Below, one piece after another: positions 20,467-28,962 of a stretch of 64,000 nucleotides of DNA. Source of the stretch: an uncultured Eudoraea sp. (lineage in GTDB: Bacteria; Bacteroidota; Bacteroidia; Flavobacteriales; Flavobacteriaceae); NCBI GenBank assembly GCA_947258555.1, contig CAMYJF010000002.1, positions 12,070 to 76,069 of the forward strand, in the 5' to 3' direction. The notes below the pieces were generated by a model. That model was not told where the DNA came from. It worked only from the letters and a program-made list of their open reading frames with translations, and made no database searches. The translations under genes and the position numbers were made by a program. The stretch's first letter is position 1. Each line of letters starts with the position of its first letter.

Positions 20467-20646
20467 TCAAACGACATCACTTTTAAGCACCACCTTGTGA
20501 AGCAATCTGGGAAAGAAACGCTTTAAGTAAATTACTTCTACTTCCTTTCCACCTATATAGGCTTCAAATTTCCTTTTATGCACGGCTTTTATCATACGTT
20601 CGGCAAAATTTTTCGGGCTGAGCCCCTTTGATTGAAAGTGTACCAT
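20467..20646 (-). pseudogene. C-terminal relic (59 codons) of a short-chain dehydrogenase/reductase gene
   Basis: My own translation gives MVHFQSKGLSPKNFAERMIKAVHKRKFEAYIGGKEVEVIYLKRFFPRLLHKVVLKSDVV*. This matches the characteristic C-terminal tail of Bacteroidota SDRs. An in-frame TAG lies 27 nt upstream of the ATG, and only 46 nt remain before menC. Confidence 0.55.
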
Positions 20647-20692
20647 ATACTGTAATTTACCGCTAAAATATATCTAATTTTAGGCTGGCAAA

Positions 20693-21733
20693 ATGAAAGC
20701 GCGTTATAAAAAGTTCAGCTTAGAATTCAAAACCCCCGGTGGAACATCCAGGGGTGTATTGAAACAAAAAGATACCTGGTTGCTGCTACTTGAAGGCAAT
20801 GGGAAGATAGGAATAGGGGAGTGCGCCATGTTCAGGGGATTAAGCGCAGATGATGTCCCTGATTATGAAGAAAAACTCAAATGGCTATGCCAACATATTG
20901 AAGAAGCCCCCACTACTTTATATGATGAGCTCTCAGGATATCCAAGCATTCAATTTGGCCTAGAGCAGGCCTTGCTTTCTCTACGATCAAAAGACAAATT
21001 CGAAGTATTCCCTTCAGAATTTACAGCGGGCAGAACAGGCATTGAAATAAATGGACTGGTCTGGATGGCCCCCCTGGATCAAATGAAAGCCCAGGTAGAA
21101 ACAAAACTACAGCAGGGCTACAGCTGTATTAAAATCAAGATAGGTGCGCTGGACTTTTCTGAGGAACTCAAATTCCTTCAGGAAGTGCGAAATATGGGAG
21201 GCACCGACCTAGAGATCAGAGTGGATGCAAATGGGGCGTTTGCCCCTGATGAGGCTATGGAAAAACTTCAGGCAATCGCCAAACTGGATATTCATTCGAT
21301 CGAACAGCCCATTAAGGCAAGTCAGTTTGATGCAATGCAACGGTTATGTAAAGAATCTCCAATTCCTGTTGCCCTGGATGAGGAATTAATTGGTATTTTT
21401 AAATCCAAAGAAAAAAAACAACTATTGGAGGGCTTAGCGCCACCTTATATTATACTCAAACCCAGTTTGTTAGGAGGATTTAGACATTGTGAAGAATGGA
21501 TGGCTTTAGCTTCCAGTCTAGGCATTCGATATTGGGTTACTTCAGCTTTGGAAAGTAATATCGGACTTAATGCCATTGCACAATGGGCGTCCGGGTTAGA
21601 AATTAAAATGCCTCAGGGTTTAGGAACCGGTGGCTTATTTACAAATAACTTTTTATCTCCATTGTACGTGGAAGGGTCATATTTACGCTATAATCCTGAC
21701 ATGTCCTGGGACATTAAAACACTAATCACATAA
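20693..21733 (+). CDS. menC: o-Succinylbenzoate synthase (enolase superfamily)
   Basis: Enolase-superfamily layout (KIKIG, RVDANGAF, IEQP, LDEEL) in a men gene context. Confidence 0.8.
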   Translation: MKARYKKFSLEFKTPGGTSRGVLKQKDTWLLLLEGNGKIGIGECAMFRGLSADDVPDYEEKLKWLCQHIEEAPTTLYDELSGYPSIQFGLEQALLSLRSKDKFEVFPSEFTAGRTGIEINGLVWMAPLDQMKAQVETKLQQGYSCIKIKIGALDFSEELKFLQEVRNMGGTDLEIRVDANGAFAPDEAMEKLQAIAKLDIHSIEQPIKASQFDAMQRLCKESPIPVALDEELIGIFKSKEKKQLLEGLAPPYIILKPSLLGGFRHCEEWMALASSLGIRYWVTSALESNIGLNAIAQWASGLEIKMPQGLGTGGLFTNNFLSPLYVEGSYLRYNPDMSWDIKTLIT

Positions 21734-22707
21734 TGTACTTAGAACAAGGATTTAAAGGCAAATACGATGCCTGGCGTTACGTACTTGGTTTCGTTGCCGT
21801 ATTTATAGTCTGGCAGATCATAGGTGCCATCCCGCTTGGCGCTGCTTTGATCACATATTCATTGGAAAGTGGCGATATGCCCATGGACATTGGGGGTATG
21901 TCGCGGCTGTTGGGCTCCAATTTCTTTTTATTCCTGATGCTACTCACCTTTGCTGTGGGATTACTGGGACTTTACCTCGTGGTTAGATTTCTACATAAGC
22001 AATCCTGGTTATCCCTGACGACATCACGTCCTAAGACAGACTGGAAGCGTATATTCTTTGCCTTTATTACCTGGACTTTCATTTCTGCATTGTTCATTAT
22101 TATTGATGTACAACTTTCCCCCGATGATTATGTATTCAATTTTGATCCTATACCGTTTCTGATCCTGGTTGCGATAGCCGTCATTCTGATACCGCTACAA
22201 ACAAGTTTTGAAGAATATTTTATGAGAGGGTATTTAATGCAGGGTTTGGGCACTTTGACAGGGAACAGATGGGTGCCATTGTTGGCAACTTCCTTGCTAT
22301 TTGGTCTTCTTCATATATTTAATCCGGAGGTAGACAAAATGGGAATGGGCATCATGGTATTCTATATTGGTACCGGGCTATTCCTTGGCATATTGACGCT
22401 GATGGATGAAGGACTGGAACTCGCCCTGGGTTTTCATGCAGCGAATAACCTGACAGCTGCCATACTCGTAACCGCTGATTGGACTGCCTTTCAAACGCAT
22501 TCCTTATTTCGAGACATTTCTGAACCAGAATTAGGCTGGGATGTATTTATTCCGGTCTTGGTCATTTACCCCATAATACTTATTTTCTTTTCCTTCAGGT
22601 ATGGATGGAAGAATTGGAAAGACCGGCTCACAGGCCCCGTTATACAACCACAGAACGAATCTAACCTACTAAACAATGATAGAACAGATACCCCGGCTAC
22701 ACCGTGA
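21733..22707 (+). CDS. CPBP (CAAX) family intramembrane metalloprotease
   Basis: Polytopic membrane protein with EE..(F)R and FGLLH motifs. Its start overlaps the menC stop (TAATG), and its end overlaps the menE start by 32 nt. Confidence 0.8.
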   Translation: MYLEQGFKGKYDAWRYVLGFVAVFIVWQIIGAIPLGAALITYSLESGDMPMDIGGMSRLLGSNFFLFLMLLTFAVGLLGLYLVVRFLHKQSWLSLTTSRPKTDWKRIFFAFITWTFISALFIIIDVQLSPDDYVFNFDPIPFLILVAIAVILIPLQTSFEEYFMRGYLMQGLGTLTGNRWVPLLATSLLFGLLHIFNPEVDKMGMGIMVFYIGTGLFLGILTLMDEGLELALGFHAANNLTAAILVTADWTAFQTHSLFRDISEPELGWDVFIPVLVIYPIILIFFSFRYGWKNWKDRLTGPVIQPQNESNLLNNDRTDTPATP

Positions 22708-23758
22708 GTTTACATTAAATGGCTTTGCCCATACGCCGAGCACCTTAATGGATGCTGCATATAGCCTAATCAAAGAAGGAGATCCTTTTGAATTGGTGAT
22801 CGGGGATTTTCTTATGGATTGGCTCAGCGATTCAGATACGATTATGGTTAAAACATCGGGCACAACTGGATCGCCAAAAATGCAGACATTTACAAGGCAC
22901 CAGCTGCTGGCTTCCGCCAAATTAACTGGTGATTATTTTGAACTCTCACCTGGCCAATCTGTTTTGATGTGCCTTCCTGGAGGATATATTGCAGGTAAAA
23001 TGATGCTGGTCAGGGCAATGGCCCTGGGCTTAGATCTCCATTTTGTAGAACCTACTTCTTCTCCGATCCCTTATGAAAGACATTTTGACTTTGCAGCTAT
23101 GGTACCCATTCAACTGCAGGCTTCTATAAAACAATTAGATCAAATAGATCAACTGATCGTCGGTGGAGCTCCGGTATCCCAGGAGCTTATCCGGGATATT
23201 GCGAACGTGCCGGCCAGTATTTACGAGACATATGGTATGACAGAAACACTAACCCATGTTGCTGTCAAAAAATTAAATCATACCCTCTCAGGGCTGCCAG
23301 AGGAAACATTCAAAGCCTTGCCCGGTATAGAATTTGAAACAGATGCCCGTTCCTGTCTTGTAGTGACAGCAGCGCATCTGGATCTTCATAAGTGGGTGAC
23401 AAATGACGTAGTGACCTTGCTCAATAATAAAGAGTTTAGTTGGCGGGGTAGGTTTGACCATGTAATTAACAGTGGCGCAGTAAAAGTCCATCCGGAGCAT
23501 GTTGAGTCTATTCTTAAGGATGCATTTAAATGTGAAGTGATCGTAACAGGGATTCCTGATGCACAATTAGGGGAACGTGTTTTGGGGATCGTGGAGACTA
23601 AAGGTGGCCTTGATAAATTTACCGAAATACTGGAATCTATAGAGGATCTGGACGAATTCGAAAAGCCCAGGGAGTTAATGGCGATATCAGAATTTACTCG
23701 GAATGATTCGGGAAAAATCGACAGAAATACTACTTTTGAGCACCTAAAATTAAAATAG
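22676..23758 (+). CDS. menE: o-Succinylbenzoate-CoA ligase-like AMP-binding enzyme
   Basis: TSGTTGSPK AMP-binding motif, YGMTET, and a short (360 aa) MenE-like length. Confidence 0.8.
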   Translation: MIEQIPRLHREFTLNGFAHTPSTLMDAAYSLIKEGDPFELVIGDFLMDWLSDSDTIMVKTSGTTGSPKMQTFTRHQLLASAKLTGDYFELSPGQSVLMCLPGGYIAGKMMLVRAMALGLDLHFVEPTSSPIPYERHFDFAAMVPIQLQASIKQLDQIDQLIVGGAPVSQELIRDIANVPASIYETYGMTETLTHVAVKKLNHTLSGLPEETFKALPGIEFETDARSCLVVTAAHLDLHKWVTNDVVTLLNNKEFSWRGRFDHVINSGAVKVHPEHVESILKDAFKCEVIVTGIPDAQLGERVLGIVETKGGLDKFTEILESIEDLDEFEKPRELMAISEFTRNDSGKIDRNTTFEHLKLK

Positions 23759-23765
23759 GTGTACT

Positions 23766-25106
23766 ATGTGCGATCGACGTAATTTTCTTCTTTTCATATC
23801 ACTTTTTTTGACAATAGCCACTAATCTTTCGGCACAGATCCTGGCTGAAAGGGATCGGGCTAAGGTTGTAGATGACCTCCTTGAGGAACGTTTTGAAACG
23901 GTTTTGCCCGGACTTATGGACCAAACGGGTTTTGATATGTGGATCCTGATCTCAAGAGAGTACAACGAAGATCCTGTATTACGGACCATGCTGCCAGCAA
24001 CCTGGCTCAACGCCAGAAGAAGGACCATCCTCGTTTTTTATCGTAATAAAGCCCAGGACACTCTTGAAAAATTAGCCGTGGCCCGCTACAATGTTGGTAA
24101 AAGTATTACCTCTGCCTGGGACAAGGAAAAAGAACCGGACCAGTGGAAAAGATTAATGGAAATTATCGAGGAACGGGATCCTGCTGTCATAGGCTTGAAT
24201 TATTCCAAAGACCACAATATTGCCGACGGCCTGGATAAAACAGATCACGATGAGTTTATGAGTTATCTGCCCGAAACGTATACCTCCAGGGTTAGATCGG
24301 CCGAAAACCTGGCCGTGGCCTGGATAGAGACTCGCACAGCTTCTGAGATGGAGATCTTTGAGGAGATGGTACAGATCACACATGATATCATTGCAGAAGC
24401 TTTTTCAAATGCAGTGGTAAAACCGGGTACTACTACGACTACGGATATTGAGTGGTGGATGCGCCAGAAAGTAACAGATATGGGTCTTGAAACATGGTTT
24501 CACCCTTCTGTGGATATTCAACGTACGAGCAAAGAACTGGAAGGGCACCTGTATTCATTCTCCAACCGCCCCGAACAGGAAGTGATCCTCCCGGGCGACT
24601 TGCTCCATTGCGATTTCGGCATAACATATTTGCGACTCAATACGGACTGCCAGGAATTGGCTTATGTCTTAAAACCTGGCGAAACAGAAGCACCTGAATT
24701 TTTGGTTAATGCACTTAAAGACGGGAACAAAGTCCAGGATTATCTCACTGCGAATATGATCAAAGGGCTCACCGGGAACCAGATACTAGCCAATGCATTA
24801 GAGCAAGCCAGGTCTAATGGATTAATTCCATCTATTTATACGCACCCATTAGGCACCTACGGGCATTCTGCCGGTACGACAATTGGGATGTGGGATGCAC
24901 AAGGGGGTGTCATGAAGGATGATGGCGAGAATTACCCATTGAATTACAATACTTCGTACGCAATAGAATTGAACACCACAGTACATATCCCAGAATGGGA
25001 ACGAGATATTCGCGTAATGCTGGAAGAGGCAGGATTCTATGGCGAAGAGGGCTTCCGCTATGTGAACGGTAGGCAAACAGAATTAATGCTGATAAACGCA
25101 AAGTAA
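23766..25106 (+). CDS. Secreted M24-family (Xaa-Pro/creatinase-like) metallopeptidase
   Basis: Signal peptide. Overall similarity to aminopeptidase P-type proteins, judged from the C-terminal pita-bread region (DFG...HPLG..GH...EL). Motif-level call only. Confidence 0.55.
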   Translation: MCDRRNFLLFISLFLTIATNLSAQILAERDRAKVVDDLLEERFETVLPGLMDQTGFDMWILISREYNEDPVLRTMLPATWLNARRRTILVFYRNKAQDTLEKLAVARYNVGKSITSAWDKEKEPDQWKRLMEIIEERDPAVIGLNYSKDHNIADGLDKTDHDEFMSYLPETYTSRVRSAENLAVAWIETRTASEMEIFEEMVQITHDIIAEAFSNAVVKPGTTTTTDIEWWMRQKVTDMGLETWFHPSVDIQRTSKELEGHLYSFSNRPEQEVILPGDLLHCDFGITYLRLNTDCQELAYVLKPGETEAPEFLVNALKDGNKVQDYLTANMIKGLTGNQILANALEQARSNGLIPSIYTHPLGTYGHSAGTTIGMWDAQGGVMKDDGENYPLNYNTSYAIELNTTVHIPEWERDIRVMLEEAGFYGEEGFRYVNGRQTELMLINAK

Positions 25107-25166
25107 GAACTGCAATTTAATTTCATTGACTTTATGTATTATAGAAATATGCTACAAAATGCTACA

Positions 25167-26918
25167 ATGATTAAGTATAGAGTACTACTATTACTATTTC
25201 TACTGCCCGCGGCTCTATGGGCTCAATCCAGAACAATTACAGGGGTGATAACAGATGGGGTAGAACCCCTGGATAATGTGTCGGTGCGGATAAAGGATAC
25301 AGGTATAACGACAACCTCCGATGAAAAAGGTAAATACAAGATCGAGGCCAATAAAGGGGATGTCTTGCAATACCGACTGCTGGGCATGAAAGAGATCGAG
25401 GTTATAGTGGAAGACGTGACCCGTATTTTAAATATTACTATGTATCCGGATTTTGAGGAATTAGATGAAGTTGTGGTTGAAGGGAGAACAAAAGAGACGC
25501 AGCGAGATCTGGCTTTGGCCTATCGCCTTAAGAAGTCGGTCGTAAGGACTTCTTTTGGTTTTGTCGATGCTGAGACCAGCGGGGGAAGTATCAAAGTCAT
25601 GGCCGAAGACGAAATAAATGATTCAGCCTTATGTATCCTGGACATGATACGTGGCAATTTTGCCAGTGTACGGGTTGTTGGGGATTGTGTAACCGGCGGC
25701 AACCTGGTTATAAGAGGGGCGGGATCGATCAATAATCCCAGAACGGCGATCTTTGATGTAGACGGACTTATCCTTCAGGATGCCCCCATTTGGTTATTGC
25801 CGAGTCAGATCAAGCGAATAGCGATACTTTCCGGATTGGGATTGACATCTAAATATGGTTCCTCAGCAGCAGGTGGGGTCGTTGTAATTAACACTAGCAA
25901 TACAGCACAATTAAAGGGTCCGAACGGAGAACAAAATTATGATTACGCCAAGCTCAGGGATAATTTTGTTACAGAGAAACCTTTAACCGCAGAGGAAGCC
26001 GCTAATTACGACCCTAACTACATGAGAGAATTCAGGAAGGCGCAGTCTTTAGAAGAGGCGGAGGCCCTATTTGAAAAATTTCAAGAATCCTATGGCAAGT
26101 ATCCCTTTTATTATCTCGATAGCTACAGGTATTTCGCCCAGGAACGTGGGGCTATGGCAATAGCAGATTCTATCATTGCAAGGAATTACGAACTTTTCGA
26201 ATCCAATTCACCTTTACTTAAGGCTCTGGGATATTTATACCAGGAAGATAATAGACACGATAAGGCCAATGAGATCTTTAAGAAAGTGTTCTCACAACGC
26301 TCACGCTACATACAGTCCTATATGGATCTGGCCATGAGCTATGCAGACAATGAAAATGTGACCAGGGCAACCGCTTTATTTTCTCGATATAATCTCCTGG
26401 TAGAAAGTGGCCAATTCCCGGATTCGCTGGAGATCAATGCACTGATAGACAGAGAGTTCAATAACCTGCTTATGCGGTATTCCAAGGATATCATGAAGAA
26501 ATCCAATGTCAAGAAAGTCTTTGTAGACGAGGAAGAAATGCAGGGCACCCGCCTGGTCTTTGAGTGGAATGACAGCGAAGCTGAATTCGATATTCAATTC
26601 GTAAATCCAGGGGATCAGTATTATACCTGGCATCATAATATGGAGGAGAATTACGACCAAATTGTTCAGGAAAAACAATATGGCTTCTCGGCAATTGAAT
26701 ACTATATGGACAATATAATGACAGGTTTGTGGAAAATAAATGTCAAATATCTGGGTAATAAAAGCCTGACACCCACCTATCTTAAAGTCACTCAGTATAC
26801 CAACTACGGGACTCCACAACAGAGCAAGAAGATCCAGGTCTTAAAGCTTAGTTTGAAAAACGCGAACATGGAATTTTTCAAACTAAACAATCGGGGTGTA
26901 TTTTCTTCAAAGCGTTGA
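25167..26918 (+). CDS. Paralogue 1 of a secreted CarboxypepD_reg-Plug-TPR-beta-sandwich protein (no beta-barrel)
   Basis: Signal peptide MIKYRVLLLLFLLPAALWAQ (start moved to ATG 25167). CarboxypepD_reg-like ITGVITDG...TSDEKGKYKI. Plug-like VIRGAGSINNPRTAIFDVDGL...AAGGVVVINT. Helical TPR-like middle. Conserved C-terminal FEWNDSEAEFDIQFVNPGDQYYTW. Confidence 0.85.
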   Translation: MIKYRVLLLLFLLPAALWAQSRTITGVITDGVEPLDNVSVRIKDTGITTTSDEKGKYKIEANKGDVLQYRLLGMKEIEVIVEDVTRILNITMYPDFEELDEVVVEGRTKETQRDLALAYRLKKSVVRTSFGFVDAETSGGSIKVMAEDEINDSALCILDMIRGNFASVRVVGDCVTGGNLVIRGAGSINNPRTAIFDVDGLILQDAPIWLLPSQIKRIAILSGLGLTSKYGSSAAGGVVVINTSNTAQLKGPNGEQNYDYAKLRDNFVTEKPLTAEEAANYDPNYMREFRKAQSLEEAEALFEKFQESYGKYPFYYLDSYRYFAQERGAMAIADSIIARNYELFESNSPLLKALGYLYQEDNRHDKANEIFKKVFSQRSRYIQSYMDLAMSYADNENVTRATALFSRYNLLVESGQFPDSLEINALIDREFNNLLMRYSKDIMKKSNVKKVFVDEEEMQGTRLVFEWNDSEAEFDIQFVNPGDQYYTWHHNMEENYDQIVQEKQYGFSAIEYYMDNIMTGLWKINVKYLGNKSLTPTYLKVTQYTNYGTPQQSKKIQVLKLSLKNANMEFFKLNNRGVFSSKR

Positions 26919-27045
26919 TTTTCCATGCTTTGAACTTGTATATATCTTCACCCTGATACGCTGACTACCGTCTGATTTTAACATATGATTTAGAGGTCAA
27001 AGCTTCATTATTGAGTATCTTCAAAGAGCTAAAAAAGATACCACT

Positions 27046-28893
27046 ATGAAAAAAGTACTTCTTCTATTGGCCCTAATGGGTACTATTGGTTATGCCCAGG
27101 ACCGTTCCAAGACAATTAGCGGTACCGTTAACGACGGACGCGCTGCTCTCTCAAATGTTTCCGTGACCGTAGAGGAATCGGGCGAAGAAACATCAACTGA
27201 TGCAAAAGGTAGATATATGGTCTCGGCTAAGCCGGGGGATGTCATCCGCTATGGGTATCAGGGTATGAAACCTGTTCGCATTCTTGTAGAAGACGTAACA
27301 CGCTATTTGAATATCTCCCTGGCTCCTGATGTAAAGGAATTGGAAGAAGTTGTGGTCATTGGGAATAATCGCAAGTCACAAAAGGATATGGAGCTTGAAT
27401 ACAGGGTGAACCGTAATTTAATCCGTACAGCCTATGGCTATATAGATGCCGATCGGGCACCTGGAAATATTCGTTTCATGCATGAAGAAGAGATCAATGC
27501 TGTCGGTATTTGTATTCTTGATGTACTCAAAAATCAGTTTCCTGGCGTCATAGTTAACGGGGATTGCTTAGGTGCAAGAGGCCCTTCCCTTCGAGATGCC
27601 ACCTCTTTTAGCCGGATATCGGGTCGAGATCAGAATCTTGATTTCACGGCTCAAATCCCTACTTCTTCTACAGAGATAGACCGACAGGGTGTTGTATTTG
27701 TACGCGGTTCTCACTCGATCAATAATCCAAGGGCGGCCATCTTCGATGTAGACGGTGTTATTTTCAGTCAACCTCCAATTTGGCTTGATGTAAAGAATAT
27801 TAAGCGGATCGCAGTATTGAACAATTTTGCCACGGTTACACAGTATGGAAGCGCAGGAACTGGTGGGGTTATCGTGGTTAACACATATACTGGAACAGCG
27901 GTATCAAACAAAATAACAGATTTTGCCAAGCTGAGGAACAATTTTGCTACGCCTGCCTTGTCTAAGGAACAAATTCAGGCCAATTGGCCCACTTACCTGC
28001 AAGAGCTGTATAAAAGTACTTCGGGTGAAGATGCCAAGCTTACTTTCGATGAATACTATCTAAAGTACAGAAGGTCTCCCCATTTTATCCTGGATACCTA
28101 TGGATATTTTTATAACCAAAGAGGCGATGTGGCCTTTGCCGATGAGATCATTGAAAAGAATAGTTCTTTATTTGAAGGCAATCCGGTCTTGTTAAAAGCT
28201 CTGGCTTATAACTACGAATCTCAGGGGCGTGCTGCAAAGGCAAATGAGGTATATAAAGCGGTTTATAAATTGCGACCTCAATACGGACAATCCTATATGG
28301 ATCTGGCAAATAGCTATCGCGATCTTAGGAATTATAAACAGGCAGCGGCCATATATAATCGCTATACCTACATGAAGGATAAAGAGATCCTTCGCAAAGA
28401 CAGCACGGCATTTGATCCTATAATCAACAGGGAATACAACAATTTGCTAAGTCTCTATAACGACGATCTTGTTTCTGGTGAAGGAGCTGATGAGTTGTTC
28501 GTAGATGATGAAGATTTTGAAGGTACTCGTCTTGTCTTTGAGTGGAATGACGGGGATGCGGAATTTGATTTACAATTTGTAAATCCGGGAGATCAGCATT
28601 ATACCTGGAAACATACACTGGCTAGCAATGATGAGCTGCTGATGAGTGAAAAAGCGAACGGCTTTAGTTCTTCTGAGTATCTATTGGACGGATCCTTGCC
28701 AGGGACCTGGAAAATAAATGCAAAGTACCATGGTAATATGAGTCTGTCGCCAACGTATTTAAAGGCAACGATTTATCACAACTATGGAAGTGTTTCACAA
28801 CGCAAAGAAGTGAAGGTATTTAAACTGCACATGCAGGATATTAACCAAGAGTTATTTTCACTATCAAACAGTAGCAGTGTCGTACTCCGCTAA
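27046..28893 (+). CDS. Paralogue 2 of the same family
   Basis: Collinear with paralogue 1 over its whole length. It carries an extra insertion of about 25 aa in the Plug-like region. Confidence 0.88.
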   Translation: MKKVLLLLALMGTIGYAQDRSKTISGTVNDGRAALSNVSVTVEESGEETSTDAKGRYMVSAKPGDVIRYGYQGMKPVRILVEDVTRYLNISLAPDVKELEEVVVIGNNRKSQKDMELEYRVNRNLIRTAYGYIDADRAPGNIRFMHEEEINAVGICILDVLKNQFPGVIVNGDCLGARGPSLRDATSFSRISGRDQNLDFTAQIPTSSTEIDRQGVVFVRGSHSINNPRAAIFDVDGVIFSQPPIWLDVKNIKRIAVLNNFATVTQYGSAGTGGVIVVNTYTGTAVSNKITDFAKLRNNFATPALSKEQIQANWPTYLQELYKSTSGEDAKLTFDEYYLKYRRSPHFILDTYGYFYNQRGDVAFADEIIEKNSSLFEGNPVLLKALAYNYESQGRAAKANEVYKAVYKLRPQYGQSYMDLANSYRDLRNYKQAAAIYNRYTYMKDKEILRKDSTAFDPIINREYNNLLSLYNDDLVSGEGADELFVDDEDFEGTRLVFEWNDGDAEFDLQFVNPGDQHYTWKHTLASNDELLMSEKANGFSSSEYLLDGSLPGTWKINAKYHGNMSLSPTYLKATIYHNYGSVSQRKEVKVFKLHMQDINQELFSLSNSSSVVLR

Positions 28894-28914
28894 GTAAAAA
28901 GAGACGCAAAGATC

Positions 28915-28950
28915 ATGGGGTTGCCGTTTCTTCGGTAACCCCATTTATTT
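28915..28950 (+). terminator. Hairpin terminator candidate between paralogues 2 and 3
   Basis: ATGGGGTTGCCG tttctt CGGTAACCCCAT followed by TTATTT. Confidence 0.5.
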
Positions 28951-28962
28951 ATAAATTGAACT

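Noticed and set aside
26376-26819. Antisense ORFs inside the three paralogues (26376..26819, 29623..30129, 29190..29498 and others)
   Set aside because: The sense-strand proteins are mutually conserved across three paralogues. The antisense ORFs are not conserved between copies.
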